Source: Cirrosporium novae-zelandiae (taxonomy: Eukaryota). From it: a stretch of DNA of 64,000 nucleotides. A model generated the notes under the pieces. The model saw nothing but the letters and a program-made list of their open reading frames with translations, was not told the DNA's origin and did no database searches. Each line of letters begins with the position of its first letter. Positions within the stretch are counted from its first letter, which is position 1. Shown piece after piece: positions 12,020 through 23,306 of the stretch. Both the position numbers and the translations under genes were made by a program. The stretch is taken from the NCBI GenBank assembly GCA_026023565.1, contig JAPETS010000001.1, positions 248,001-312,000 on the forward strand, read 5' to 3'.

Positions 12020-13843
12020 ATGCTTGAGGTTATTGATATACCTACAGCGGAGCTCTCACTTGACTTTCTGTCCATCTCTTCTTTTCCAATAGAATCTCTC
12101 ACATCAGAAAGGTCGAATCATGATACCAAAATCAATGATAAAAATGTACCAGAAGATGAACTGTGTGAAACCTCGACTTTTCTATCAAGCGTAACGCTGC
12201 CTTTATCACACAAACCTACAATCCAAGACACTGAAACGGTCGGGCCTCCTATTCCAGCTAACCTGACGAGTTCTGAAGTAAACACAACTCAGACCATCAC
12301 AGATGAGAAACACAGTGATAAGACCAAAAGGCTCGAACCCGCTAATCGTTACCAAGATTCCCAAGCACAACCAACATCAGCAGAAGCTTCCAACGCCCAA
12401 TGTCATATCCAAGAAGATTCCAAAACAGTCAATGTCCGTTGTTATGAAGATGCCTCAGTATACTCACAGGATGATACACTTCCTCGCTCCCTATCTAGAA
12501 ATGAGCAGCGAATCACTGAGATCAAAGGGTTTATAGCACACTTAAGAACAATTATGGGAGATTTGGAGGGAAGGGTAGGAAACAGGGCCAGAAAACTCAG
12601 AAGAGTGGTTGGCAACTTGTTGAGGACATTTGAAAGGGAAGATTGCCGGATAGGAGAAGGAGAGGAGAAACAAAGTATCGAGAGTCATATTTCGAAATAT
12701 GATATTAAGCCTAGGAAAAGTATCACTCTCACAGATGTATCTATACCAGTGGGCCCGAACGATGAAACTTATGACAATATCGACAACGCTCTTTACCTCC
12801 TTACTTCCCCCGCAGGCTTTCCCCGTCGCAGATCCTCCTTGGGTTGGAAAACTACCTGGCCAGGCATCATTCTCACATCATATGGGATTCCCGATTTGGA
12901 CAATATCCAATACTGTACTACAAACTTTGAAGAATATGCTATGGACGAGTTTGAAAGACGCAAGAAGATAGAAATGAGGTTGAGGAGATACGGACATGTC
13001 AGTACGAAGAGTTGGGAGAAGCTAGGTGAAACACTGAGGGCGGAAAGAGAGAAGTTGTTCGAACGACCGCCAGGCCCTCCTAAGATGGCGAGATCATCAG
13101 CTTCTCCCAAGAGCTTCAGGAACCTCCCCACATTGCCAACGAGGCCACCCGAAGACAACGAGGTTCGTACCACAGATAAATCATCCATGCACCACACTCC
13201 CCAAAACCAGCTCTGGCGCACCCGACCCTCAACTAAACCAAAAACTCCTCAAAGCCTCCCCACTCTCAGAAGCAAATTCATAGAACATCTCCCAGAAAAT
13301 CAAATTCTTCTCCACCACGCACATACAAAAAGTCCTCACCCTAGCTCAGGGACCGTCTACGTCTCACCTGCAGGCGAGCAATGTCTCACATCTATAACTC
13401 CACCAATTCCACCCAAGAATCCCAAACGCCTGACCATCAAAACCTCAGAGACAGAAGCGCTTTACAAAAGCCCACATGCAGACGCCCGCACCAAGCCTGC
13501 AACAGAAATCTCAACCTCAGCTTCGACACTCGACTTCATCTCCGAAACTCAAAGCCAAAACCGAAACCAAAACCAAAACCAGTGGCTCAAAGACCCCTCT
13601 ACCGCTACCGCTACCACAACCTTCCTCTCCTCCTCCTCCTCCTCTCTACCCACCACCCCCACAACCCCCCAAACTCGCTCCGAAATCCACCTCTGGCTGC
13701 ATCGCCACATCCCAAACTCCCTCATCTCCCCCAAATCCCCAAACCGACGAACCTCACCATCATCATCAAACCTCCTCGCCCAGCTAGAAACTTCACTTTC
13801 ACCTTCACCTTCACCCCCCTCATCCAATACTCGGACTCCATAA
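12020..13843 (+). CDS. Hypothetical S/P/T-rich, probably largely disordered protein
   Basis: Stop-free frame of more than 600 codons; first ATG at 12020 (the track start at 11984 is TTG). An upstream exon is possible. No domain recognised. Confidence 0.65.
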   Translation: MLEVIDIPTAELSLDFLSISSFPIESLTSERSNHDTKINDKNVPEDELCETSTFLSSVTLPLSHKPTIQDTETVGPPIPANLTSSEVNTTQTITDEKHSDKTKRLEPANRYQDSQAQPTSAEASNAQCHIQEDSKTVNVRCYEDASVYSQDDTLPRSLSRNEQRITEIKGFIAHLRTIMGDLEGRVGNRARKLRRVVGNLLRTFEREDCRIGEGEEKQSIESHISKYDIKPRKSITLTDVSIPVGPNDETYDNIDNALYLLTSPAGFPRRRSSLGWKTTWPGIILTSYGIPDLDNIQYCTTNFEEYAMDEFERRKKIEMRLRRYGHVSTKSWEKLGETLRAEREKLFERPPGPPKMARSSASPKSFRNLPTLPTRPPEDNEVRTTDKSSMHHTPQNQLWRTRPSTKPKTPQSLPTLRSKFIEHLPENQILLHHAHTKSPHPSSGTVYVSPAGEQCLTSITPPIPPKNPKRLTIKTSETEALYKSPHADARTKPATEISTSASTLDFISETQSQNRNQNQNQWLKDPSTATATTTFLSSSSSSLPTTPTTPQTRSEIHLWLHRHIPNSLISPKSPNRRTSPSSSNLLAQLETSLSPSPSPPSSNTRTP

Positions 13844-14309
13844 GCAAAAAAAGGATGGGAAGAATCGGGAGTTTGATGCTAGAGGGGTTCAAATTCGTTT
13901 AATTTTTTCTTTTTGATTGTATTTTGGGGAGAGATGAGGGCGAGGAGGGCGGGGGGGGGTGTGTAAGGGTAGTATAGTTTTCTTTTCTTTTTTCATTATG
14001 ATTTAGTATTTTACCTACATACATACATACCTACTTAATATTAATCAAGTTAACAATACTTCTTCTTCCCTCTTCCTCCTTATTTATTTCCTTACTTCCC
14101 CCTCATTTTTGCTAATCATTATCATCATAATCCCCCCCTTCCTTCCACAAAAATCCCACACAACTAGACCAATCGATCAATCAATCAATCCAGATCCCAT
14201 TTCGTGAATGAATAAATGGTAACACCACCATAATGTCAAATCTAACATAGCCCAGCTAGCCAGCCAGTCATCTTAGATCTTAGGTAAACCCACCCTACAC
14301 CACCCCACT

Positions 14310-16109
14310 CTATCCAGAACCCCTCACCCCACTCCTTCCCCTATTATCCCGACTTCTCTTCTCCTTTGCAGCCTCCCTCCTCCGTTTCTTCCACGCTCGG
14401 TTCGTTTCTCCCCTATTCTCCCAGAACCAGGTTGCCCATTCGCTTTCTCCCTCTCCCTCTCCCCCTTTCTCTCTAGCATCATTCATTTCCGTATCCTCAT
14501 CCTCATTTTCTTCTTCTTTGATATCGTAGATATCTTCACCGTCACGGGCCCCCCCGAAAAAGACGTGTTTTTTAGATACTACGGTGGCGGTATCGGGCGG
14601 GGGGGCCGCGCTACGGATGGAGCGGGTTTGAGTTAGTGGGACTGGGGCGGAGGGTGAGGTGGAGGGTTCGTTGGCGTCGGCGTCGGCACCGAAGAAGGAG
14701 AAGGTTGTTGTGAGGGCCAGGGATGGCTTGGGGGAGGAGGTGGGAGGCTTAAAGAGGGCTTCGAGGGCGGGGTTGGTGGAAGTGGGATTGAGGGGTTTTT
14801 TGTCCTGGGGGGGGAGGGGGGAGGGTTTCTTTGGGGTGGGAGCTTTAGATTCGGACTCGGACTCGGACTCGAACTCAGACTCAGACTCGGAGGAGCTGAA
14901 AGAGGCTTCGGAGTCCGAGATGGAAGGCTTGTTTATGGTGTTTTTAGTAGATGCATCGGTGTCTTCGTCTCTAGATGAAGATGAAGAAGAGGACGAGGAA
15001 GAAGGGGAGTCGGAGCTTGATGCCCTGTCATTTGATGGGGTTTTGGTAGAGTCGGGTAATAATGCTTTGGGTTTCTTTGGTATACGCTGAGTAGAGGTCC
15101 TAGGTTCTTCGTCTTCGGAGGAAGAATCAGAGCTTAAGATTTCATCTATAGATAAGACTTTTGATTTCTTTAGGGGAGGCTTCCGAGGAGCTTCAGACTC
15201 TTTGTTTTGGGGGGTAGAGTTATCATGGCTGGCATCCTTGGATTTCTTTGACAATTTCTCCTTTCCCCGACTTCCCTTCTGTTCCTCACTTTCCTTGGAT
15301 AATGACACAGCTATTTTTTCAGAGTTTTCTTTCTCAATAACGCTCGGTTTCTTATGATGCCTCTTCTTGGAGCTTTCTTTCTCCTTGATTTCTCCATCCT
15401 CTGCAACCCAACCCTTCCCTTCCTCATAATGAGAAGTCAAATTATTAGCTGAGCTTGTCTGGTTATCACGCAGAAAGCTAGCATGCTTGGTGGTCTTGTC
15501 GAACTCATGTACTACCACATCCTTCCCCTGCCTGGATCCCTCACGCAAACTTTTCTTTGACTTGTGCTTCTTAGAGTCGGATGGTGTTGTTATGGCTGCG
15601 ACGTTTGGAGGGACCTTTGTGCGGAATAGACATTCTGGCTTATCCGTAATGGAAGAGGGCTTCTTCTTCGATTTTTTCTCCCTTATTCCTTTCTCTTTCT
15701 TTTTTGATTCAGCGTCTGTCCACCCCCGCTGGACTTTGCGCGTCTCGGGCAGCTCGTAACCTGGAATTGCATATATTTCTTCCTTTGTCTTTGATTTTTT
15801 TACTTTCTTGGCCTTTTTATGAGGCTCTGAGGCGTCTGAAGCATTCTCCTCATCCTCCTGTCTTGGATGTTTTCTCGAAGGCCTAGCTGCTTCTATTTTC
15901 ACTTTCGAGCCCTTCAGAATAGTCCCACTAAACTTTTTCTTGACCTTCTCTGCCTCCATTTTTGGCAGGTCAACGTAGCCGTAATTGCGTTCAGGAAAAG
16001 TTTCAAGTGTATGGAAGGAGATGTTGGTAGCAGCTGGTAGGATAGATGGGGGTATGATAACATTCAGAAGATCTGAGGAAAATGGTGAAATATGGAGTCG
16101 CTCTGTCAT
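14310..16109 (-). CDS. Probable nucleolar protein: N-terminal RRM plus K/E/S-rich tail (Nop8/NOL8-like)
   Basis: RLHISPF...RNYGYVDL...LKGSKVKIEAARP RRM-like N-terminus, Ser/acidic tracts, C-terminal FWENRGETNRAWKKRRR; single exon, 599 aa. Confidence 0.65.
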   Translation of the reverse strand: MTERLHISPFSSDLLNVIIPPSILPAATNISFHTLETFPERNYGYVDLPKMEAEKVKKKFSGTILKGSKVKIEAARPSRKHPRQEDEENASDASEPHKKAKKVKKSKTKEEIYAIPGYELPETRKVQRGWTDAESKKKEKGIREKKSKKKPSSITDKPECLFRTKVPPNVAAITTPSDSKKHKSKKSLREGSRQGKDVVVHEFDKTTKHASFLRDNQTSSANNLTSHYEEGKGWVAEDGEIKEKESSKKRHHKKPSVIEKENSEKIAVSLSKESEEQKGSRGKEKLSKKSKDASHDNSTPQNKESEAPRKPPLKKSKVLSIDEILSSDSSSEDEEPRTSTQRIPKKPKALLPDSTKTPSNDRASSSDSPSSSSSSSSSSRDEDTDASTKNTINKPSISDSEASFSSSESESEFESESESESKAPTPKKPSPLPPQDKKPLNPTSTNPALEALFKPPTSSPKPSLALTTTFSFFGADADANEPSTSPSAPVPLTQTRSIRSAAPPPDTATVVSKKHVFFGGARDGEDIYDIKEEENEDEDTEMNDAREKGGEGEGESEWATWFWENRGETNRAWKKRRREAAKEKRSRDNRGRSGVRGSG

Positions 16110-17457
16110 TGCCGATATAATCCTTGTATGTTCAATTGGATGGAATATACCGATTTAAGAATGGTCACTATCTGCAGCGGGTATCGGCATTACCGTATAG
16201 TTGAATCGAGGTATATAATTAGCATGAATGTGGTGGATTGGATAAAATCGTAAGATGTGAGACGCTTAGAAATGAGTTAAGAACGGAAAAGGATATTTTC
16301 CGTGAAGAATTTTAAAATCTCGAGGACTAGATACTCATTTTGTAGAGATCACGAGAACATAAAGATGAATGATAGGATGTTGTTTCTTGTACTTTCTGCA
16401 AGTCACTTTCGATTTTTTGACCCTTGTGAGTTTTTTTTTTTTTTTTCTCTTTCTTTTTTGTCCAACCTTTTCTCGTGACTTTGGTGGGGATCTTTAGTAG
16501 GTGCTTGCTGTAGGCGTAGTGGGTCCTACAGTCTAGGCTGTTAGTTCTTAGCTGGAGTGGCTGGTTACAGTACCTTGGCTGCAAGCATCTGAATTGTAAT
16601 TGTAACAATAACAAAAGCCGGTCTCTACATTGTAACTATGTAACTATGAACTGGAGTAGAATACTAGTAACTACCATTTATCATTTATCATTTATCATTG
16701 ATTATTTATCGTGTGTACTTGACTAACCCATATATATTCATACGTACCTACCGTAAGGTATACAATTACCGGTTAGAAAGATTAATGATTTGACCAATTT
16801 ATGAGTCTTCAAAGTACATGACTGTTGGTTACTGCCCGTGTACTTGCTCATTCACATTGTACTGTACTCAGGTAGTAATTGAATCAGTCAATCTTGCTTC
16901 TTTCCCCTCGCCTTATTACGCGATGAGCCATCATAGCGGCCTAAAGCTATCAGGACTGGATAACTTTACTTAGAGTTGGAGAAACTACCACCACCTACCC
17001 CCCCCCCCCCCAGTACCCTCCACATTCTCATCAGCCATCCAAGACCCCATCAGCCATCAGCCATCAGCCCTCAGCCCTCAGCCTTCCTTCCTAAACCTCT
17101 ACATTCTCTACAAACTACAAACTACAAACTACAAACAATTCAACTTCCTTGGACTCTCCTTTCAACCCTCCTACTATTTGACTCTACATTGGATATCATC
17201 TTCATGTATAGTGAATCTCATCTGCTGGCTTCCGTGCTTGCCGTCAGCACTATCCAAGCTTCTCCCAGCTTGGTTCTCTCAACGATCGCATGACATTCTA
17301 AGACCTAACATGCAACTACAACTTTCATTCGCATGTTGAAGCTAGACCTTCCTTGAATACCCCAATTCATTGATATATACAACTACAATTACATGTTGGT
17401 TCTGGTCGGGAAAAATATTACACTGTATCTTGTCGGCCGGAATTCCGGATTGTCACT

Positions 17458-20119
17458 ATGGGCAACTCTGCAACAAAAGAACAACGGCCTTCCTTTTCTC
17501 CCACCCATTCACGCCCCGGCAGCTATCGACCGTCACATTCTCCAGGTCCTTCGAGTTCCCTTGGATCTCGTCCTCAAGACTCGTCAACTTTGATCAGTCC
17601 CCCACGGAATCGCCGAGAGAGTAGAGTTCCAAATCTATCGCTTACCTCGGATCGAAATGTAAGCCGGGACCCTGACTTGGCTGGTATGGAGGATAGGAAG
17701 GAGACAAGAGCCGAAAGAGAAGCTAGAAAAAGAGAAAAGGAGCGAGTCGCAAGGTTGGCAGAAAGAGAGCGTAGCATGAAGGAGGAGAGTGTGGACGGGG
17801 GCTTTCTCGTTACACAAGGTGTATATGTTGGCCCAGAGGATTTTAACAAGCAGGTGGTACGACAATTAATGGTAAGCTTGTGGAACTAGCAATACGGAGA
17901 AGCTCAAGCTAAGAAGACCCCAGATTGAACGACGCGTAGCTCCGTTCTGGAGAGGATTAAATGATTATTCGAGCTCATGGACCGAACACCAACTCGTGGC
18001 GGCTGCCAGAGGGCTACCGATACCTGCTGCTGATGACATTCCTCCCGAAACTCAAACCCAACCCTCTCCAACCGGGTCTGACCAGAATTTGAATAGCCTT
18101 ACCGTACCGATAACGTCCCGGTCTCACTCTCATGGCTCAGATACATCGTCGAACCTATCGCCTTCCCATCCTGCATTTTCCCTACCTTCTCCATCCTCGC
18201 CCCTTTCTCTCCCGTTATCTAATTCGCCCCTGTTTCGAGGCCGATCGAAAACACTTGCATCCCTCACTACAAAGCACAGTGGAGACATGACACCTCGCGA
18301 GATGAAACTACCAAAGGATCCTTATGCGTTTGGGCTGCTACTTGAAGCATATTTATACAAGGACGCCACCGAATGTCCTATATGCTTTTTATACTATCCT
18401 CCATACCTGAATCGCACTCGGTGCTGTGATCAACCCATATGCTCCGAATGCTTTGTTCAGATCAAGCGGCCGGATCCTCATATTCCAGAGCACGGTGATC
18501 AACCACATACAAACCAAGAAGATGGGGAAGATCAACAACTGGTTTCGGAGCCGGCAGCTTGTCCGTTCTGCGTTCAGCCAGAGTTCGGGATCACATATTC
18601 CCCACCGCCGCTCCGACGAGGCCTAACCTATGCTGGCCAAGTTTCACTTACAGGCCTACATGCTACATCTGCAATGTCCTCAACATCATCATTATCATCT
18701 GGCGGGCCAACAACTTCTCGGCAACGGCGTGCTTCTGTTTCGGCAAATTCCTCTGAGGTCATCACAACTGATAGGGTTCGACCTGATTGGGCTCAGAAAT
18801 TGGCAAATGCGCGTGCACATGCTGCTCGCAGAGCGGCCGCAGCTACGGCTTTGCATACTGCAGCTTACCTGATGAATCAGGGCGACTCCAGGACTGTTAG
18901 AAGAGGATTTCTCAGACGCACTGGTGGCGATAGTCCTTCGTCGGGAAACCACTCACCGCATATTACCTCCTTAATATCGCGCGAACGCCATCGTAGCAGC
19001 AATAATAATAACCATGGGTCAGATGAAGAAAATACGGACGAGATCCAATCGGGCTGGGGTTTAGCGCCTCCTCGGTCAAGCTCGAGAAGAACCCGAATGG
19101 ATGACCTCGAGGAAATGATGATGATGGAAGCGATTAGACTGAGTCTTGCATCAGAAGAAGAGAGACGGAAGAAAGAGGAAAAGGAGGCTAAAAAAGAAGC
19201 TAAGAAGAAACAGAAAGAGGCCAAGAAAGCTGAGAAGGCTGCAAAAAAAAGCGGTATTTATTCAAGTTCAGATAACAGCTTCACTAGATTAGCTGCTCCG
19301 TCAAGTAGCAACCTTGAACGACCTCGTACCGAAGATTTACTTTCCTTCATGGATGGTGGTGAAAATACTTCGTGGAAAGGGAAGGGTGTTGAAAGGACTG
19401 GCGACAGCGGACACCCTGATTCCACGCCATTTTCTCAGATGGAAGACAGTGAGAAAATAAGCGAAAGGCCGGACCGAAATCGAAAAAGAAGCATTTCACA
19501 GCCAATTCCTCATCATTCCTTAAGTAATTCTTCTGGTGTCGGTCCAAGCAAGCCCTCACATCTTCGACAAATGTCTAACGCCTCCTCGTCCGCCTCGTCA
19601 TTTGTCGATTCCGGTCCAGCATCTTCGAGGGAAGAATTTAAAAATACCCCCCGATTATCACTAGACGGGTCGGGAATAAAGATACCGATTTCCCACCCAA
19701 GTTCTATTCATGAATCAATATCTTCTGGAACACCGCCTGGAGGAGGAGCTGGCACAGAACCAATGTTTAATTTTCAAAGTCTCGCAGCCATGATAGGGGA
19801 TGACGAGAAGGCAGAGGAGAGTCCTTCATGCGAGCACTTTGAAAGCAGAGATCAGGAACTGATAGATCATGCGGAGGCATCATCAAGCTCTAACTCCAAA
19901 GCTGCTTCAAACCTTGAAGCAGTGCACCCAGTAACTGAAAGAAACGAAAATTTGGTTTCGGAGGTTCCTCCATCTGTATCGGTTGAAGTTCCCAGCCCTA
20001 CTATACCGGGCTTGCTACAGATGGAGCCACCCCAAATTGAACCCATGGGGAAACAACCGGCCCACGTTGAAATTGTGGATACGGCGACAGCCGGACCTGC
20101 AGCTAATAGAACTGCTTGA
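17458..20119 (+). CDS. SIP5: Sip5 (Snf1/Reg1-interacting protein), 2 exons
   Basis: MGNS N-terminus (myristoylation-like), EESVDGGFLVTQGVY, LM|IERRVAPFW across intron 17872-17923, ECPICFLYYPPYLNRTRCCDQPICSECFVQIKR zinc finger, MMMEAIRLSL. Confidence 0.9.
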
Positions 20120-20820
20120 AACATTCAAAGGAACCTAAGCTTCCAGAAATTAGCCGAAGTTGTCTTTGATCACACCGAATGAGATCCTTCAAGAAATATG
20201 GCGTTTTGAGTATAAAGCGAAAACGAGGTCGACTCCACCTTGCCACAATTTCTATCTGATAGATAGGTTCTATCAATATTTTGCGAATCAAGAAATATAT
20301 TTACCCCCCACCTCCAAATGCCCGACCACATTCCAATCGAAGTGGAATGTCGGTCACACACAAACTTTTCTTTGAACGTTACCAGCCTCCCACAGTTTCG
20401 TATGTTATAACTCCTTTGTTCGGCGCTACTGATTGAATCATACACACTATGAAGGTCCGGATAATGGTGATTAGATGGGAATGCACAGGGGAGAAGGATA
20501 TTGATTCTTGATCACATATCGACGGAGAGCAGACAGGATAGCACTCTGGGTCTTTTTGCCTTTGGACAACGAAAGGGGCGTGCAGTAAGGGACTTGTTTA
20601 GGAATCGGGGGGATTATGGCGTTGGGAGTCTCCAACAAAGGCCTTTAAGTGGTGTATAGAGATCTTCATACCAAATAAGGATAGGTTGCCTAGACTGGAC
20701 CTGAATTGTGGATGGATGGAAGGAGGGCATTCTTGACCCTACCTACCTAGGTACTTGGCTGCGGTTTGGGATAAGCCCCGGCGGACTTGAGTCTTCTTTT
20801 TTGTTCGTTATCCCTGAGGA

Positions 20821-22141
20821 TTGGGGGGATTGGGGGGATTGGGGGGGTCTCTGATAATAAACAAACATGAGTATTAGGCCTTGTTGTCTACAGTACCTAC
20901 CTATAAGAGTCTTTCGTTTCGTTCGTCAGGTATAAATGTAAATAGACATTTTCGATATTATGTTCTGTATGAGGTTTTTAAGCCTGTTACTGTTTACTGT
21001 CGCTGGACTTTCTATTTTTGGGTAAGGTAGGGTAGGGTATATAATTCCTGGGAGGTCATGAACCCCGGTATATTAAAGAACATCCTATATTCTACCTCAG
21101 ATCTTCAACTCTTGAACTCCAAACCTCTCATAAGTCCTAGACCTAAAACCTAGCCCTAAAACTTCGACCTCAAACAAGAACCAATCGGAAGAACCAGGCC
21201 AAGGGGGGGAAATATCCAAAATGTACTGTACAAAATGTTTAATGTGAAAAATCCCAAGACTATTAGCTTCGTAAGGTAATGTTTTTTTGTTGTGTTGAGA
21301 TGGGTGGATAGGGTAGGTAGGGTAGGTAGGGTAGGCAGGTGGATGGGTATGTTAACTACGCGGCCTATTCACGGAGTTCCAAAAAGGAAAAAAAAACAAG
21401 GGAGGTAGAAATGGAATAGAATGGTTTGTTGTATATCCCCTATCCATCTATCTCTAAGCCATAAGCTCGAAATGACTATTTGCTAGTTGATAGGTATCTT
21501 ATTTGCTTAAGCCTTCCATGGACGAGCTTTTCCATATCCATGTCCATGTCCATGTCCACATGTCTTTGATACCTCCCCCTCCCTCCACCTGCCCCACTCC
21601 TCAAGTCCTTAGTTCTTTGGGATCATTTGGTCGTTGGTCGTTGCGATTATGGCATATGACTAATGATGCAATGCTAGTAAAGAAGAAAGAAGAAAGAAGA
21701 TATCCGCAGATGACTATTCTATCTATATAGTAGGTACGATATCTATTCTATTGCTCCTGTTCGTACTCGTTTCTTGTATGAAGGGTTGAGAATTTTTAGG
21801 AAGTTACCTAGGTAGTCTTTTGTTTGATGAGGTTCTTGCTCTTGCTCTTGCTGGCTGGCTCGCTAGTCTGGTCCGGTTTTTTGTTTGATATTTGATCGTG
21901 AGGCTCTTGAATAGATCGGATTGATGTTTCTTAGTTTCCTTTTGCTTTTATTTGATATCCGAGCGTACGAGAGATGAGATGAGATGAATAGAAAAACTCA
22001 TAATTTTATTTATTTATTTATTTATAAGAAAGGAAATGAAAGGAAATGTTAGGGTAAAGTAAAGTGAAGTGAAGCTAAAGAGAGCCACAACAAAACAAAA
22101 ATAATAATAATTTGGGGCAGGGGGGGGGGAGGGAGGGAGGG
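20821..22141 (+). repeat. Cluster of simple repeats and G-run tracts
   Basis: (TTGGGGGGA)x3 near 20821, GGGTAGGTA repeats at 21311-21335, (CCATGT)n near 21538, (TCTTGC)x3, (GAGAT)x3, (ATTT)n and G-runs at 22113-22141. Confidence 0.8.
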
Positions 22142-23306
22142 AAAGAAAGTAATTAGGTGATTAGGTAAAGATTGAAGATTGAACCCAATAACCTAGAAAC
22201 AATAGAAACTAAACAGATGGCGATTACCTAGGTAATCTTGTAATATCAATGTCAATGTCAATGTTCAATATCAATATCAATATATTGGCATTGAAACCCA
22301 TTTCCCCCAATTGCTTTATTTTACCTTGCCTTGACTATATACTGCTTGCTACTAATTAACACCCCCTAGCTACATACATCTCAAAAGCATTATTTTAACG
22401 GACCCCCTTCACATTATACATTGTACATGGATAGAATCGATGAAAGCAAGCAAGCCAAGCCCTATTTATAGATATTTTGTACATGTACTACTGTGGTCAT
22501 TTCGTTCGTTCTGTTGTTTTCATTATTATTATTATTATAAGTAAGGTGGGGTGGTTTGGTTGGTTGGGTAGAGGAGAGGTAAAAGGGGGAGCCGAGAAAT
22601 TCTTTCTTTAGGCTACAAAGTTGGTGACGATGGGGTCTGAGGAGTCTGAGAGTCTGGGTGCAGAGGTGGTTAGCTGGCTGCTTATCTCTAAATGCGTCCC
22701 CCCCCCCCCCGACCCCTCCTGTTTGGATACGAAGAAAGGGAATTGGTTATGGGTTTTACGTCTACGATAGCCCATCATTGCTTTTTGTTCTAGAGCTTAG
22801 ATGTAGATGAGAATGAGAAATTCCCTGGAAGAGATGGATGGATTTAATACGACGGGTATGTATAGAAGTTAATGCAGCAGCTTTTATGAAGTTTAGGGTT
22901 TAGGGTTAAGGACCTCTCTCTCACATTGGAAATGTATGAGTTAAGGAGGGAGGCACTATCTAGATAGTAATCTGTAAGATGTTCTTGGGATATTGATAGT
23001 TGATGAAAAAGTGAGCGGAGCTCAGGTATGGAAATTATCGGTTGGGTTGATGGGAATGTTGTCTTGGTAGCTTTCTAATTCTTAGGCTCAAGGGTAAGCA
23101 GCTGTTATTCAATTCACTTTTGTGTGTATGTTTTGGCTACTTTTTGGATTGCCAGATAGTTCTAGTTAACTATTTCCATACATTAAATTGATGCGCCACC
23201 CCAAGTTTTGAAAAGTCTCTTCCACTTAGGAGAAACTGTCAAGGCAAGCTTCTACTCCTATACTAAACTCCGAAAACTCCACATAAGATCATAATCGAAA
23301 ATCCTT

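Noticed and set aside
21014..21027. Sm-like site followed by a 5' splice site (ATTTTTGG-GTAAGG), as at some fungal telomerase RNA 3' ends
   Set aside because: On the opposite strand from the template-like word at 22900, with no template upstream on its own strand.
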